From an uncultured Planctomycetota bacterium (GTDB lineage: Bacteria > Planctomycetota > Planctomycetia > Pirellulales > Lacipirellulaceae): a DNA stretch of 64,000 nucleotides. Position numbers and translations under genes: made by a program. The stretch spans positions 96,001-160,000 of the forward strand of contig CAVRBU010000003.1 of NCBI GenBank assembly GCA_963719315.1. Reading direction: 5' to 3'. How positions within the stretch are numbered: position 1 is the first letter of the stretch; the number at the start of each line of letters is the position of its first letter. Positions 1 to 10,486 of the stretch are shown here, one piece after another. Under the pieces are notes generated by a model, which was given only the letters and a program-made list of their open reading frames with translations, searched no databases and had not been told where the DNA came from.

Positions 1-4
1 CAAA

Positions 5-1810
5 ATGGATAAGTATCAAACATTCGAATACGATGTGGTCGTGGTGGGCGCCGGCGGGGCCGGATTGCGGGCGGCGATCGAGTCGTCGGCCAGCGGGGCG
101 AAGACGGCACTCGTGTGCAAATCCTTACTGGGCAAGGCGCACACGGTGATGGCCGAGGGCGGCGTCGCCGCGGCGCTCGCAAATGTGGAGTCTCGCGATA
201 GCTGGCAGACGCACTTTCGCGATACGATGCGCGGCGGAAAATTTCTCAGTCAATGGCGAATGGCGCAGCTTCATGCTCAGGAGTCGCCCGAGCGAGTTCG
301 CGAATTGGAAGAGTGGGGCGCGGTGTTCGACCGCACCAAGGATGGCCGAATATTGCAGCGGAATTTCGGCGGCCACACGTATCCGCGTCTGGCGCACGTG
401 GGCGACCGCACCGGCCTGGAGATGATTCGCACGCTACAAGACAAGGGCATTCACACGGGCATCGATGTCCACATGGAATGCACGATCCGCTCGATTCTTA
501 AGGATGGCAATCGGGTTTCGGGCTGCTTTGGATATCAGCGCGAGAGCGGGCGGTTTGTCGTGTTCAAGGCGAAGGCGGTCGTGCTCGCGACGGGCGGCAT
601 CGGGCGATGTTGGGAGATTACGTCGAACTCCTGGGAGTACACGGCGGACGGGCATGCGATGGCGATGTGGGCCGGGGCCGACCTCATCGACATGGAGTTC
701 ATCCAGTTCCACCCAACGGGCATGGTTTGGCCGCCGAGCGTCCGCGGGACGCTCATTACCGAGGGCGTGCGCGGCGAAGGAGGTGTGCTCGTGAACGGCA
801 AGGGTCAGCGGTTCATGTTCAATTACATCCCGGACATGTTTAAGGGCGAATATGCCGAGAGCGAAGAAGAAACGCAGCAGTGGATGCAGGCGACAATTGC
901 CCGCGAACGGCCCACGGCGCGGCGGCCACCGGAGCTTTTGACTCGCGACGTGGTGGCCAAGGCGATTCGGCGGGAGGTTCGTGAAGGACGTGGCTCGCCG
1001 CATGGTGGAGTATTTCTCGACATTGCGTCGCGGCGGAAGCCGGAGGACATCAAAAAGAAGCTGCCGAGCATGTACCACCAATTCAAGGAGCTGGCGGATG
1101 TGGATATCACGACCGACCCCATGGAAGTCGGGCCGACGTGCCATTACATGATGGGCGGCGTACGCGTGAACGATGACACGCAGGAATCGACAGTGCCCGG
1201 TTTGTTCGCGGCCGGCGAAGTGGGCGGCGGTATGCATGGCGCCAATCGGCTCGGCGGCAATTCGTTATCGGACCTACTCGTGTTCGGCAAGCGGGCTGGT
1301 GAGTTCGCGGCGAAGATGGCGAAGACGACGCCGCAAGGGCAGATCAACCAGGATGATGTGGAACGCGAGGCTGCCGAAGCCCTTAAGTGCTTTGGCGATG
1401 GCCAGGCCGAGAATCCCTATGCCATCCACGAAGACCTGCGTGCAGTGATGCAGAGCCTCGTCGGCATCGTGCGGACCGACGAAGACTTGCGGGCGGCTCT
1501 GGTGAAAATCAGCGAGCTGCGCACGCGAGCCGCGAAGGCCAAGGTCGGCGGCAACATTCAATACAATCCGGGCTGGCATTTGGCGCTCGATTTGAAAAAC
1601 ATGCTCGACATCAGCGAGGCGGTCACGAAGGCCGCGCTCGAGCGCACGGAAAGCCGTGGCGGGCACACGCGCGAGGACTTCCCCGAGACCGAAAAGGAAT
1701 GGGGAAAGGTGAACTGCATCGTGCGTCAGAACAAGGACGGCATCAACGTGACGCGCGAGCCGCTGCCGGAGATGCCGCCGGAGCTGGCTGAGTTGTTGAA
1801 GAAGGACTAA
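5..1810 (+). CDS. sdhA: Succinate dehydrogenase/fumarate reductase flavoprotein subunit
   Basis: GAGGAG FAD motif, AHTVMAEGG covalent-FAD His, QFHPT, CHYMMGG, HGANRLGGNSL, ESRGGH. Confidence 0.95.
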   Translation: MDKYQTFEYDVVVVGAGGAGLRAAIESSASGAKTALVCKSLLGKAHTVMAEGGVAAALANVESRDSWQTHFRDTMRGGKFLSQWRMAQLHAQESPERVRELEEWGAVFDRTKDGRILQRNFGGHTYPRLAHVGDRTGLEMIRTLQDKGIHTGIDVHMECTIRSILKDGNRVSGCFGYQRESGRFVVFKAKAVVLATGGIGRCWEITSNSWEYTADGHAMAMWAGADLIDMEFIQFHPTGMVWPPSVRGTLITEGVRGEGGVLVNGKGQRFMFNYIPDMFKGEYAESEEETQQWMQATIARERPTARRPPELLTRDVVAKAIRREVREGRGSPHGGVFLDIASRRKPEDIKKKLPSMYHQFKELADVDITTDPMEVGPTCHYMMGGVRVNDDTQESTVPGLFAAGEVGGGMHGANRLGGNSLSDLLVFGKRAGEFAAKMAKTTPQGQINQDDVEREAAEALKCFGDGQAENPYAIHEDLRAVMQSLVGIVRTDEDLRAALVKISELRTRAAKAKVGGNIQYNPGWHLALDLKNMLDISEAVTKAALERTESRGGHTREDFPETEKEWGKVNCIVRQNKDGINVTREPLPEMPPELAELLKKD

Positions 1811-1835
1811 GTGCGGTGATGAACGGCGGTTCGAT

Positions 1836-1930
1836 GACAAGGAGATAAGGAGACAAGGAGACAAGGAGATTCGATGGTCCTACGGATTTGCGTCGCACCT
1901 CAATCTCCTTGTCTCCCCCTCTCCTTGTCT
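1836..1930. repeat. Palindromic element of GGAGACAA octamer-type repeats (same family as 55671-55764)
   Basis: GACAAGGAGATAAGGAGACAAGGAGACAAGGAGATT ... AATCTCCTTGTCTCCCCCTCTCCTTGTCT inverted arms between sdhA and sdhB. Confidence 0.8.
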
Positions 1931-1970
1931 TTCATGGAAGCTCGGATCGCAACAAACTGAGATCGCTTAA

Positions 1971-2711
1971 ATGTCTGAAGAAGCAACTTTACGAATCTAC
2001 CGCGGCGACAACGAGCAAGGCCAAATGGTGGACTACAAAGTCCCCGTACAGCCCGGCATGGTGGTGCTGGATGCGGTGCACGCCGTGCAGGCCATGCATT
2101 CGCCGGACCTTGCGGTGCGCTGGAATTGCAAGGCGGGAAAGTGCGGCTCGTGCGGCGGCGAGGTGAACGGCAAGCCGCGCCTGATGTGCATGGATCGGAT
2201 GGACAAGTATCCGGACGGCGAGCCGATCACGATTCGGCCGATGAAGACCTTTCCGGTGGTGAAGGATCTCGCCTGCGACGTATCGTGGAACTACAGCGTC
2301 GACAAGAAGATACCGCCGTTCAAGATGCGCGAGTCAAAGGACGAACCGAAGTTCTCGCAAGAGGAAGCAGATCGCGTACAGGAATTTCGCAAGTGCATCG
2401 AGTGCTTCTTGTGCCAAAACGTGTGCCACGTGCTGCGCGACCATCAGAAGCAACCAGAATTCGGCGGTCCGCGGTTCTTCGTCCGCGTGGCCGGCCTGGA
2501 GATGCACCCGCTCGACTGCGGCGACCGGATCCCGCTCGTGAAAGACGAGCTAGGACTGGGCTACTGCAATATCACGAAGTGCTGCACCGAAGTCTGCCCC
2601 GAGCACATCAAAATCACCGACAACGCGATTATCCCGCTGAAGGAACGCGTCGTGGATCGGTTCTACGATCCGCTGAAGAAACTGCTGCGGATTGTGTTTC
2701 CGAAGCAGTGA
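1971..2711 (+). CDS. sdhB: Succinate dehydrogenase iron-sulfur subunit
   Basis: Cys clusters CKAGKCGSC, CIECFLCQNVC, CNITKCCTEVCP; follows sdhA. Confidence 0.93.
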   Translation: MSEEATLRIYRGDNEQGQMVDYKVPVQPGMVVLDAVHAVQAMHSPDLAVRWNCKAGKCGSCGGEVNGKPRLMCMDRMDKYPDGEPITIRPMKTFPVVKDLACDVSWNYSVDKKIPPFKMRESKDEPKFSQEEADRVQEFRKCIECFLCQNVCHVLRDHQKQPEFGGPRFFVRVAGLEMHPLDCGDRIPLVKDELGLGYCNITKCCTEVCPEHIKITDNAIIPLKERVVDRFYDPLKKLLRIVFPKQ

Positions 2712-2989
2712 GCGCCGGTAATGAACGCTAACGCCATAAGCCTCACCTTATGCGTCGGTATTGCAAAATGAACGGCTGTGGCTGCTTGTTTACTGGCATC
2801 GACTGTATTCGGTGATTCCGAAGCGTGCGACAAGGGATGACGCCGAGGCGGCTCGCTTCGACGCATTGCTTCATCAACATATCATTTCGCACATGAAGGG
2901 AGCAACATAGTTGCTATCGTGGCTTTGCGAGCGTATTCTTCAGGAAGGGGCGGGCACCGAACGCAGTTCTTGGCGAAACGATATAAATT

Positions 2990-3244
2990 ATGGAAACACC
3001 GCTGACAGCGATTGAGGTGACGGGCACGATCGACGAGCAGCATCAGTTGCGGTTGGACGATCTGCTGCCGGTTACGGGACCTAAACGTGTGCGCGTCATC
3101 GTGTTATACCCTTTGGACGACACCTGGGATGAAACGGAGTGGCTCCGCGCCGCGGCTCGCAACCCGGTCTTCGCGGAGTTGGCTTCGTTGGAGGAAGACA
3201 TCTACTCGCTTGCGGATGGGAAGCCGTACCGTGACGAAGTATAA
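2990..3244 (+). CDS. Small acidic putative antitoxin upstream of a PemK/MazF toxin remnant
   Basis: 84 aa, acidic C-terminus (EEDIYSLADG), overlaps the GTG start of the toxin remnant. Confidence 0.65.
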   Translation: METPLTAIEVTGTIDEQHQLRLDDLLPVTGPKRVRVIVLYPLDDTWDETEWLRAAARNPVFAELASLEEDIYSLADGKPYRDEV

Positions 3245-3278
3245 GGTCGTATTAGTGCCGTTTCCGTTCGATGATCTA

Positions 3279-4456
3279 TACCCTGCGTGGGGATAAATGA
3301 TCTGTTCCCGAGTAGCTGATTTGTTGTACAAGGCCCTTATGTCGCCATCGAGGAGGATGGCGTGTTGCTGGCAAGGAGGGCTGTCATGGCTTGGTTTCGA
3401 GTCCGATTGACGGAAGAGGAACAGCGAATTGTCGCGGCCGAGCGGGAGTCTCATCCGGAGTCGCATGTCCGCCGCAAGATGCTGGTGTTGTGGTCGCTGC
3501 AGTGTGGTTTGAAGCGATCCCAGGCGGCGAAATTGGCGGGGGTCGGAGTGGCGACCGTCGGGCGGTACGTTGCGGCCTATCGTGATGGCGGGTTGGAGGG
3601 TCTGCGGCGGTGGAATGTGCAAGGGCCCGTGAGCGACTTGGCCGCCTATCGCGACGTGATCCGCGCGTCGTTCGAGAACCAGCCGGTCCGCACGACCGCG
3701 GAAGCCTGCGAACGCATTTACCAACTGACCGGCCTGCGGCGGGGACTGTCGCAAACTCGCAAGTTCCTGAAAGACATGGGACTCAAGTGGCAGCGGGTCC
3801 GGGCGCTCCCCGTGCCGCCCAAAAAAACTTGGCCCAGCATGTCGCCGCGCAGGCCCTGTTTCACAACGTCGAACTGAAGCCCCGCCTCGACGCCGCCGCC
3901 CGAGGGCGGGGACACGTCTTCTTCGTCGATGCGGCCCACTTTGTGTACGGGACGTTCCTGTGCTGCTTGTGGTCGTTCACGCGAATCTTCGTGCGGGCCG
4001 CCTCGGGCCGCCAGCGGTTCAATGTCCTGGGAGCCTGGAACGCCGTGACCCGCGAACTGGTAAGCGTGACCAACACCACGGTCGTCAACACGGAAACGAT
4101 GTGCGAGCTGTTGCGGAAGATCGCTGCCCTCGGTCTGGCCGGACCGATCACGTTGGTGCTGGACAACGCTCGCTACCAACGTAACGCCGCGGTGCAAGCG
4201 TTGGCGACGCAACTGGAAATCACGCTGCTGTTCCTGCCCTCCTACTCGCCGAACCTGAACCTCATCGAACGGCTTTGGAAGTTCATCAAGCGGCGGGCCA
4301 TCTATGGGCGTTACCATCCCGGATTTCAAGAGTTTCAAGCCGCCATCCAAGAAACAATCGCCGACCTCGCAACCCGCCACGCCGAACCCCTCAAATCCCT
4401 CATGACGCTCAACTTTCAGCGATTCGAAGATGTCTCATTGCTGGCCGCGTAGGGTA
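3279..4456 (+). mobile_element. IS630-family insertion sequence
   Basis: Ends TACCCTGCGTGG / CCGCGTAGGGTA, TA duplicated at 3277-3278 and 4457-4458. Confidence 0.9.
3386..4452 (+). CDS. IS630 transposase (two ORFs joined by probable -1 frameshift at CCC-A7, ~3818-3827)
   Basis: HTH ORF then FVDAAHF, LVLDNARY, LPSYSPNLNLIERLW DDE motifs. Confidence 0.88.
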
Positions 4457-4670
4457 TAATCGGCACGAAAGTCCGGCCTGGAGATCGGCATTGAAATGGG
4501 ACCCACCTGGGCGTTGAATCTGGGCCCACCTGGTTAGTTGGGGAGCGGCCCGCGAGACCCTTCGAAGGTCTCGCGCGGCCGCCTCCGTTAGTTCACTTAA
4601 TGGGTTAGAGTAAACTCTCCATTTTGTTGCGCACGATTTGCGAACGTTTTGCCGACGGGTCGCCCGAAAG

Positions 4671-5441
4671 CTACTTGCCCTTGGTGGTTCGCTTTTGTTT
4701 CATCGACTCCCGGAAGCGGTAGCTTTCACCGTTCATCTCAAAGATTTCGCAGTGGTGCGTCAGCCGGTCCAAGAGAGCAGCTGTCATCCGTTCTCCCTGA
4801 AACACCTGCTGCCATTCGCTGAACGGCAAGTTGCTGGTGATCAACAGGCTGGATCGCTCGTAGCGATCGGCGAATACCTGGAACAGCAGTTCCGCTCCGC
4901 TGCGATTGAACGAGAGATAACCGAGCTCGTCGCAGACAAGCAGATCGAGCTTGTCGAGCTGCTTCAACAATCGCTCGAGCTGGTACTGCTTCTGCGTCTC
5001 TTCCAAGCGATTGACCAGTGTGGCAGCGGTAAAGAAGCGGACTCGCTTGCCCAGTCGGCAGGCGGCCAGGCCCAAGGCGATGGCCAGATGCGTTTTTCCA
5101 GTTCCCGAACTACCCAACAGGCAGCAGTTCTGACGCTGATCAATCCAGCCGCAGCGGGCCAGTTCCAGGATCTTGGGCTTCGAGAGGCCGGGCGCCGCGC
5201 TAAAGTCGAATGCATCGAGGTCCTTCTGCACCGGGAAGCCAGCCTGTTTAATGCGCGCCTGCAGAGCATTGGCACTGCGTGTGGCTAACTCCAACTCCGT
5301 CAGGCGCAACAGATAGTCGAGGTAGTCCTGGTTGCTGTTGGTCGCTTCCCCGGCGAGCTTGCCATACTCGGCCAGCATCGTCGGCAGGCGTAGCGCCTTG
5401 AGGTTCGAACGCAGTAACAGGGGCGTTTCTTTCTGGGCCAT
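4671..5441 (-). CDS. istB: IS21 helper ATPase IstB
   Basis: GSSGTGKTHLA Walker A, LLVCDELGY Walker B, LLDRLTHH; GGAGGAG RBS. Confidence 0.93.
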   Translation of the reverse strand: MAQKETPLLLRSNLKALRLPTMLAEYGKLAGEATNSNQDYLDYLLRLTELELATRSANALQARIKQAGFPVQKDLDAFDFSAAPGLSKPKILELARCGWIDQRQNCCLLGSSGTGKTHLAIALGLAACRLGKRVRFFTAATLVNRLEETQKQYQLERLLKQLDKLDLLVCDELGYLSFNRSGAELLFQVFADRYERSSLLITSNLPFSEWQQVFQGERMTAALLDRLTHHCEIFEMNGESYRFRESMKQKRTTKGK

Positions 5442-6954
5442 GATCTTCTCCTCCGTGAGAGAGTAACGAGTCAAAGCGGCGCAAGTCCGGCAGCGGGACT
5501 TGCACCGCAGGAATCGATCGCAGCTGCCCGATTAGGTTCGCTTCGCCGCGGGTGGAGCGCAGCGCCAGTCGCTCGCAGAGCCCAGCAATCCGCTCGGCCG
5601 TGACGACGCCGTCGCCGCGGCAGGCCTGGATGGCCTGCTCAACCCGAGTCAGCGGGTGCTCTGCCAACAGCTGCAGCACGCGGATGAATTGCCGAGCGCC
5701 CGGCAACGATCCGTGGCGTGTTTCAAAATGTTCGCGCAACTGGGTAAACGCCGCCGGCAGACGCCAATTGCGGTAGACGTCAGTGTGATCCAAATAGGCT
5801 GGCTTCACTCCCAGAGTGGACAGGTAGTGCAGCGGATCGAGCACTTGCTCGCCCTGTCCGTAGGAGCGCTCGTGCCGGGCAATCCGCTGGCCGTCGCGGA
5901 TGACTTCGATGCGATCGATAGTGGCTTTTACCGTGACCGTGGCGAACGCATGCCGCCGCGGCACGCTGTAGCGATTCTTCTCCCAGGCGACCGTCTGGTA
6001 CTTGTCGACTTGACGGACCTCGCTCACGGCGGCTTCAAACGGGCGCTCGGGCAGCGGCAAGGCGCTAATCTGCTCTGTCGCGAAGCGCGCGCCGATCGTT
6101 TCGCTGTGGCCCGCAATCGTCCGCCGAGCATCCCGCTCGCAGCATTGAAGCAGGTAGGCATTTAGCTCTGTCAGATCCTTCACTTGAGGGACCGGCGTCG
6201 CCCACTGGCGCTCCAACAGCTTCACCCGGTTCTCGACGTGCGGCTTTTCGTTACCGCGAGCCGGCAGGCAGAACAACGGCTCGAAGTTGTAGTGACTGGC
6301 CAGCGCCTGCCAGCGCTGGTTCAACTCCCGTTGGCGGCCACGCAGAATCGTGGTCGCAACGGTTCTTGGATTATCCCACCACAGTTCTTTGGGCACGCAA
6401 CGAAAAAACGCAAACGCCGCCACCGTGCCATGCAGGATCGCCTCGGTCTTTTCGCTCGGCAGCGCAATCATAAAGGTGGCGTTTGAGTAGGCCCACGTCA
6501 CCAGCAGGATCGGAACCTGGCGCCTGCCTTCCGGGAAGTCGACCCAGATCTGACCGAAGTCGCTCTCGGCCCGTTGGCCTGGCTCGTACGACAAAGGGAG
6601 AAACGTTTCGCGCTGCCGCCCCCGCGTCGCGGCCACGTACCTTCGCACCTGGTCGTAGCTGCCGACGTACTGCTCTTCGTCCCGCAGCCGCCGAAAGAGT
6701 TGCGCTCCTGTGTGACGTTGCTTGCGAGGCGCCTGCTCATCTTCGACGAGAATCGCGCCGATCCATTGCTGGTGCACATCGGTCAGCACCCGCCGCGGTC
6801 GCGGTAGCGACAGCGTGTAAGGCCGCGGCTCTGCCTGCGCCAGTGCCTCGCGGATCTTTCGTCGCGAATGCCCAAACGTCCGGGCGATCTCCCGAATGCT
6901 CATGCCATCGCGATGAGCACGACGTATCCTGCCGTAATCCTCCACCTTCAGCAT
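5248..6954 (-). CDS. istA: IS21 transposase IstA
   Basis: N-terminal HTH (MSIREIART), ESDFG, WWDNP, NEKPHVE, YSVP. Confidence 0.9.
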   Translation of the reverse strand: MLKVEDYGRIRRAHRDGMSIREIARTFGHSRRKIREALAQAEPRPYTLSLPRPRRVLTDVHQQWIGAILVEDEQAPRKQRHTGAQLFRRLRDEEQYVGSYDQVRRYVAATRGRQRETFLPLSYEPGQRAESDFGQIWVDFPEGRRQVPILLVTWAYSNATFMIALPSEKTEAILHGTVAAFAFFRCVPKELWWDNPRTVATTILRGRQRELNQRWQALASHYNFEPLFCLPARGNEKPHVENRVKLLERQWATPVPQVKDLTELNAYLLQCCERDARRTIAGHSETIGARFATEQISALPLPERPFEAAVSEVRQVDKYQTVAWEKNRYSVPRRHAFATVTVKATIDRIEVIRDGQRIARHERSYGQGEQVLDPLHYLSTLGVKPAYLDHTDVYRNWRLPAAFTQLREHFETRHGSLPGARQFIRVLQLLAEHPLTRVEQAIQACRGDGVVTAERIAGLCERLALRSTRGEANLIGQLRSIPAVQVPLPDLRRFDSLLSHGGEDHGPERNAPVTAFEPQGATPADDAGRVWQARRGSDQQQPGLPRLSVAPDGVGVSHTQCQCSAGAH

Positions 6955-7401
6955 CCTTGACTCCGCTTCGCTGAATTCCCCAGTTTAAAAACCGGGAATC
7001 CAGCTTACGAAGTCCGCTGCGGTGGGTCCCTTTTCAATGCCGATTCCGCACCCCAGGTGGGTCCCGTTTCAATGCCGATCTCCACCGGCCTGCCGTTTGT
7101 CTTACCGACCCGATCGGCCCTCATCGACACGTCGTTCTCGCCTTTATTACCAGCAGTTCAAGCTCATTCGGATTAGCGACTGACTTGGCCCTGAATTCGG
7201 GTGATCCCGACTTCTCTGCTACCGGGCTGCGAGTCTCTTCTACATAACAATTACATCGCTTGATGACGGCAACAACGTCGCTTATCCAGAGGGAGCTTGG
7301 ACTATTGTCGCCGAGAATTCAGACTGAGGTTCACGAAAGACTGAGCGCATTGTTTGGCATTGCAAGTTCATGATCGCAATCGGCGATACAGGGGTCAGCG
7401 A

Positions 7402-8778
7402 TCACAAATCATGGTTCGGCGTTGATGCGTTTGTAATCGCGACCGAGAGAGATCGGCCAGTTCGCCAGAAGTAGAAGCCGCCAACAAACACAGTCAGCGA
7501 TCCGACGACCGACAGCACCAGCGAGAAGTATTGCAGGAACTCCGTGCGCGAAGTTTGTGCGAACAGTACGTCTTTACCGATTTGGGTGATGCAGCTGGCG
7601 GTATAGCCGGCGCTATCGGCCAGGTAGATGCAGAACACGGCGGTGCCGACGAATTGGGTGGAGGCCATCAGGCGGTCGAACAGGACCGAGTTGTAGGGTA
7701 CATAGGCCAGGTAACCGCCGAAGCCGATTGAGGCGACCCACCAGAAACCGCTGATCGCGCCCATCATGTGGAGCACTGTGGCGGCGCCGATGATCAGGAA
7801 TCCGCATGCGATCGCCACGAAAATTACGAGCAGGCCGCGGCGGTTGTCTTTCACCAAAAACAATAGGGCCATCGTTGCGAGCACGCCGAGCGCGACACCA
7901 AGTTCCATCCGGGACATGATGTTTTTGTTTTGCTCGTAGGCGTAGCCGAGTTGATCGAGCACATCGACCTGGTAGTTGTCGCGGTAATCGCGAAAAATCG
8001 TGAGGAACACGTAGGCGATGATGAGCGGGACAATGCCCGGGAGGTACGCCAGCAGGAACTGGCGGCGGCGCTGGCTGGACATTGGTTCGCGTTCGGTGCG
8101 GGCGGCCATGTCCGCGAGCGTGGGTTCGGGCACCTGATCGAGCAGCCACACGGCAAGAAGAAATGCCGGCAGAAACAACAGGCCGGTCGCGGCGGGCATC
8201 CAGAATTCGGTCAGCGGCGGCATCGGATTTGGATACGCAATGCCCATGAAGTGAATCGCGTCACCAGCCAACAAGGCGCGACCCACATCTTTGAAAACGC
8301 CGCTGGCGATAATGAACGAACACGCCATTCCGGCCAGCAGAATATCGGAAGTGCGGCGGCCCTCGAGATAACGCACAACCAGCCCGAACACCATGCCGAG
8401 CGGGAAGCCATTGAGAAAGATCGCGGCGACCTTCCACTCAGGCGGAGCAATAGCGAACAGCAGCAAGGCGAACTCGGCGAACCCGATCAGTCCGATCAGC
8501 ATCCAGATTCGACGGCTGCGGCCGGATTCGGAAACCAACTTTGTGCCGACGTATTTCGCAACCGTATAGCCGAGGAGTTGGCTGACGACCAGCGCGGTTT
8601 TGAATTGGATATTCGTGCCGAAGAATTGCAGTCCTTCGTAGGCGGCCGCGGTGAACGGTTTGCGGAACGCATACGCGCAGAAGTAGACGATGAACGCGCT
8701 GACGACGGCATACCCGTTCAGGACGCCTGCCGGGGAGCGTTTAAGCCACTGCGTGATTTTGCCGCGTTGGGTGGGCAT
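7402..8778 (-). CDS. DUF5690-like multi-pass (MFS-like) membrane protein
   Basis: YFCAYAFRKPF, YLEGRR, FRDYRDN, YLADSAGY; many TM segments. Confidence 0.7.
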   Translation of the reverse strand: MPTQRGKITQWLKRSPAGVLNGYAVVSAFIVYFCAYAFRKPFTAAAYEGLQFFGTNIQFKTALVVSQLLGYTVAKYVGTKLVSESGRSRRIWMLIGLIGFAEFALLLFAIAPPEWKVAAIFLNGFPLGMVFGLVVRYLEGRRTSDILLAGMACSFIIASGVFKDVGRALLAGDAIHFMGIAYPNPMPPLTEFWMPAATGLLFLPAFLLAVWLLDQVPEPTLADMAARTEREPMSSQRRRQFLLAYLPGIVPLIIAYVFLTIFRDYRDNYQVDVLDQLGYAYEQNKNIMSRMELGVALGVLATMALLFLVKDNRRGLLVIFVAIACGFLIIGAATVLHMMGAISGFWWVASIGFGGYLAYVPYNSVLFDRLMASTQFVGTAVFCIYLADSAGYTASCITQIGKDVLFAQTSRTEFLQYFSLVLSVVGSLTVFVGGFYFWRTGRSLSVAITNASTPNHDL

Positions 8779-9084
8779 TGATAGCCTTCGATTGGGATCG
8801 CAAGCTGAGTGGGGCGGACCTTGATTCGCTTCTCAATCTGTTGGGTTCGTAAATGGCGCGGGCAGACCCGGCGCCACCCTCCTCTTGGAGCTGAAAACCT
8901 AAGAATTCCGCAATGCTGAGAGTAGCTGCCAAGGGGCTGGCGATCAATTAGAATGGTGGGCGAGGACCGGCCATGCGCGGCTTGATGCGTATCGCGGGAA
9001 CGTAGCGGCCTGCGATCGGTTTTGATGGCCTGTTCTTTTGGGTGGCATCCTGAGCTTATTCGTGACTTGTGAGGTACAGATATC

Positions 9085-10401
9085 ATGCTGAAACGCATAT
9101 TTGTTTTGTCGAGTCTCCTGCTCGTGTTCGCAACGAAGTCAAAGGCGGCCGATGACAAGATCGACTTCGTCAAGCAGATTCAGCCGATTCTCGTTGAGTC
9201 CTGCGGTAAATGCCACGGTGAAGACAAAGCGTCGGCGAAAATGCGGCTGCACACGGCGGCAGCTCTCAAAGAGAAATGGGACACGCAGAAGGATTTGATC
9301 ATCGCGGGCGATCCGGAGAAGAGCGAGCTTTACAAGCGACTCGTGCTGCCGGCCGCCAACAAAAAGCGGATGCCTAAGGGCGGCGACCCGCTGGCCAAAG
9401 ATAAGATCGACCTCATCGGTCGTTGGATCAAGGAAGGTGCCGTATTGCCGTTGGTGGCGGCGGTTGAGGCGGCAGCTAAGCCGCAAGCGGCGGACGCGCC
9501 CAAGAAAGAAGAAAAGCCGGCCGAGATTCCGCTGCCGAAGGTTGGGCCGGCGCCCAAAGAAGCAATCGATAAGCTGACGGCGGCCGGCGCACAAGTGATG
9601 CCGCTGTTTGCTGATAGCTCGCTGCTGACGGTGTCCTTCGCCCATCGCAGCGAGCCGGCGGGCGACGCGGAGATCGCGCTACTGGCCGGCGTGGCCGAGC
9701 AGTGCTACGCGCTCAACCTGGCCGACTCGAAACCGACCGACGCCGGACTCGCGCCGCTGGCGAGCCTGAAGAACCTGGCCGAACTCCATCTCGAACATTC
9801 GACGATTACCGACACCGGCCTCGCACATCTAAAAGGCCTGGGTGGCTTGCAATACGTGAATTTGTATGGAACCACTATCACCGATGCCGGGCTGCCGAAT
9901 CTCAAAGACCTCAAGAATCTGCGGAAGTTGTATCTGTGGGAGACGAAGGTCAGTTACGATCCGGCAATGGCATTGGAAAAAAACATTCCTGGATTGATGG
10001 TAAATTTGGGATACAATCACCCGGTCGTGATGAAGATGCGGCTGACGAAAGAGCTGGAAGTGGCGAAGAAACAGGCCGAAGAAGCCAAGGCGGACGAAGC
10101 CAAAGCGCAGCAGCAGCTCGAAGCGGCGAAAAAGAACGAGGAAGCGGTGAACGCCCGGGTGGCCGATATCGAGAAGCAGCTCAAGGAGGCGGGAGGCGCT
10201 GCGGCACCGGCGGCGGATACGAAGAAGCCGGAAGGCGAAGCAAAGCCGGCGGCCGATAAAGTTGCCTCTGAAAAAGCGGCGACAGAAAAGGCGGCTGCCG
10301 AGAAAGCGGCAGCGGACGCCAAGGCCGCGGCCGAGAAGGCTGCAGCCGACAAAGCAGCGGCAGACGCGAAAGCGGCTGTTGAAGCTAAAGAGAAAAAGTA
10401 A
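9085..10401 (+). CDS. Exported planctomycete cytochrome-c domain + leucine-rich repeat protein with Ala/Lys-rich tail
   Basis: Signal peptide, CGKCH heme motif, PEKSELY/RMP motifs, LRRs (LxLxxTxITDAGL), EKAAA repeats. Confidence 0.8.
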   Translation: MLKRIFVLSSLLLVFATKSKAADDKIDFVKQIQPILVESCGKCHGEDKASAKMRLHTAAALKEKWDTQKDLIIAGDPEKSELYKRLVLPAANKKRMPKGGDPLAKDKIDLIGRWIKEGAVLPLVAAVEAAAKPQAADAPKKEEKPAEIPLPKVGPAPKEAIDKLTAAGAQVMPLFADSSLLTVSFAHRSEPAGDAEIALLAGVAEQCYALNLADSKPTDAGLAPLASLKNLAELHLEHSTITDTGLAHLKGLGGLQYVNLYGTTITDAGLPNLKDLKNLRKLYLWETKVSYDPAMALEKNIPGLMVNLGYNHPVVMKMRLTKELEVAKKQAEEAKADEAKAQQQLEAAKKNEEAVNARVADIEKQLKEAGGAAAPAADTKKPEGEAKPAADKVASEKAATEKAAAEKAAADAKAAAEKAAADKAAADAKAAVEAKEKK

Positions 10402-10486
10402 AGGATCGTGATGAGCCGCTTGGCGGCCGTATTTCATTATCGGGAAAGAATCCGCGGCGCCGGGTGGATAGCTAAGGAGTGCGGTA

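Larger units (their letters stand above)
4479..7084 (-). mobile_element. IS21-family insertion sequence
   Basis: TGGAGATCGGCATTGAAA ... TTTCAATGCCGATCTCCA terminal IRs with internal GGGACCCACC repeats; 6-bp target duplication CCGGCC (4473-4478, 7085-7090). Confidence 0.93.
3231..7373 (+). pseudogene. PemK/MazF-family toxin split by IS630 and IS21 and carrying an internal stop
   Basis: Removing both IS and their duplications gives MTKYKVVLVPFPFDDL-IGTKVRP-AVCLTDPIGPHRHVVLAFITS...TGLRVSST*QLHRLMT...IQRELG...LFGIASS*; TAA at 7245-7247. Confidence 0.88.

Noticed and set aside
10200..10401. tolA call for the AEKAAA repeats
   Set aside because: Only a low-complexity tail; no TolA C-terminal domain or tol-pal context.
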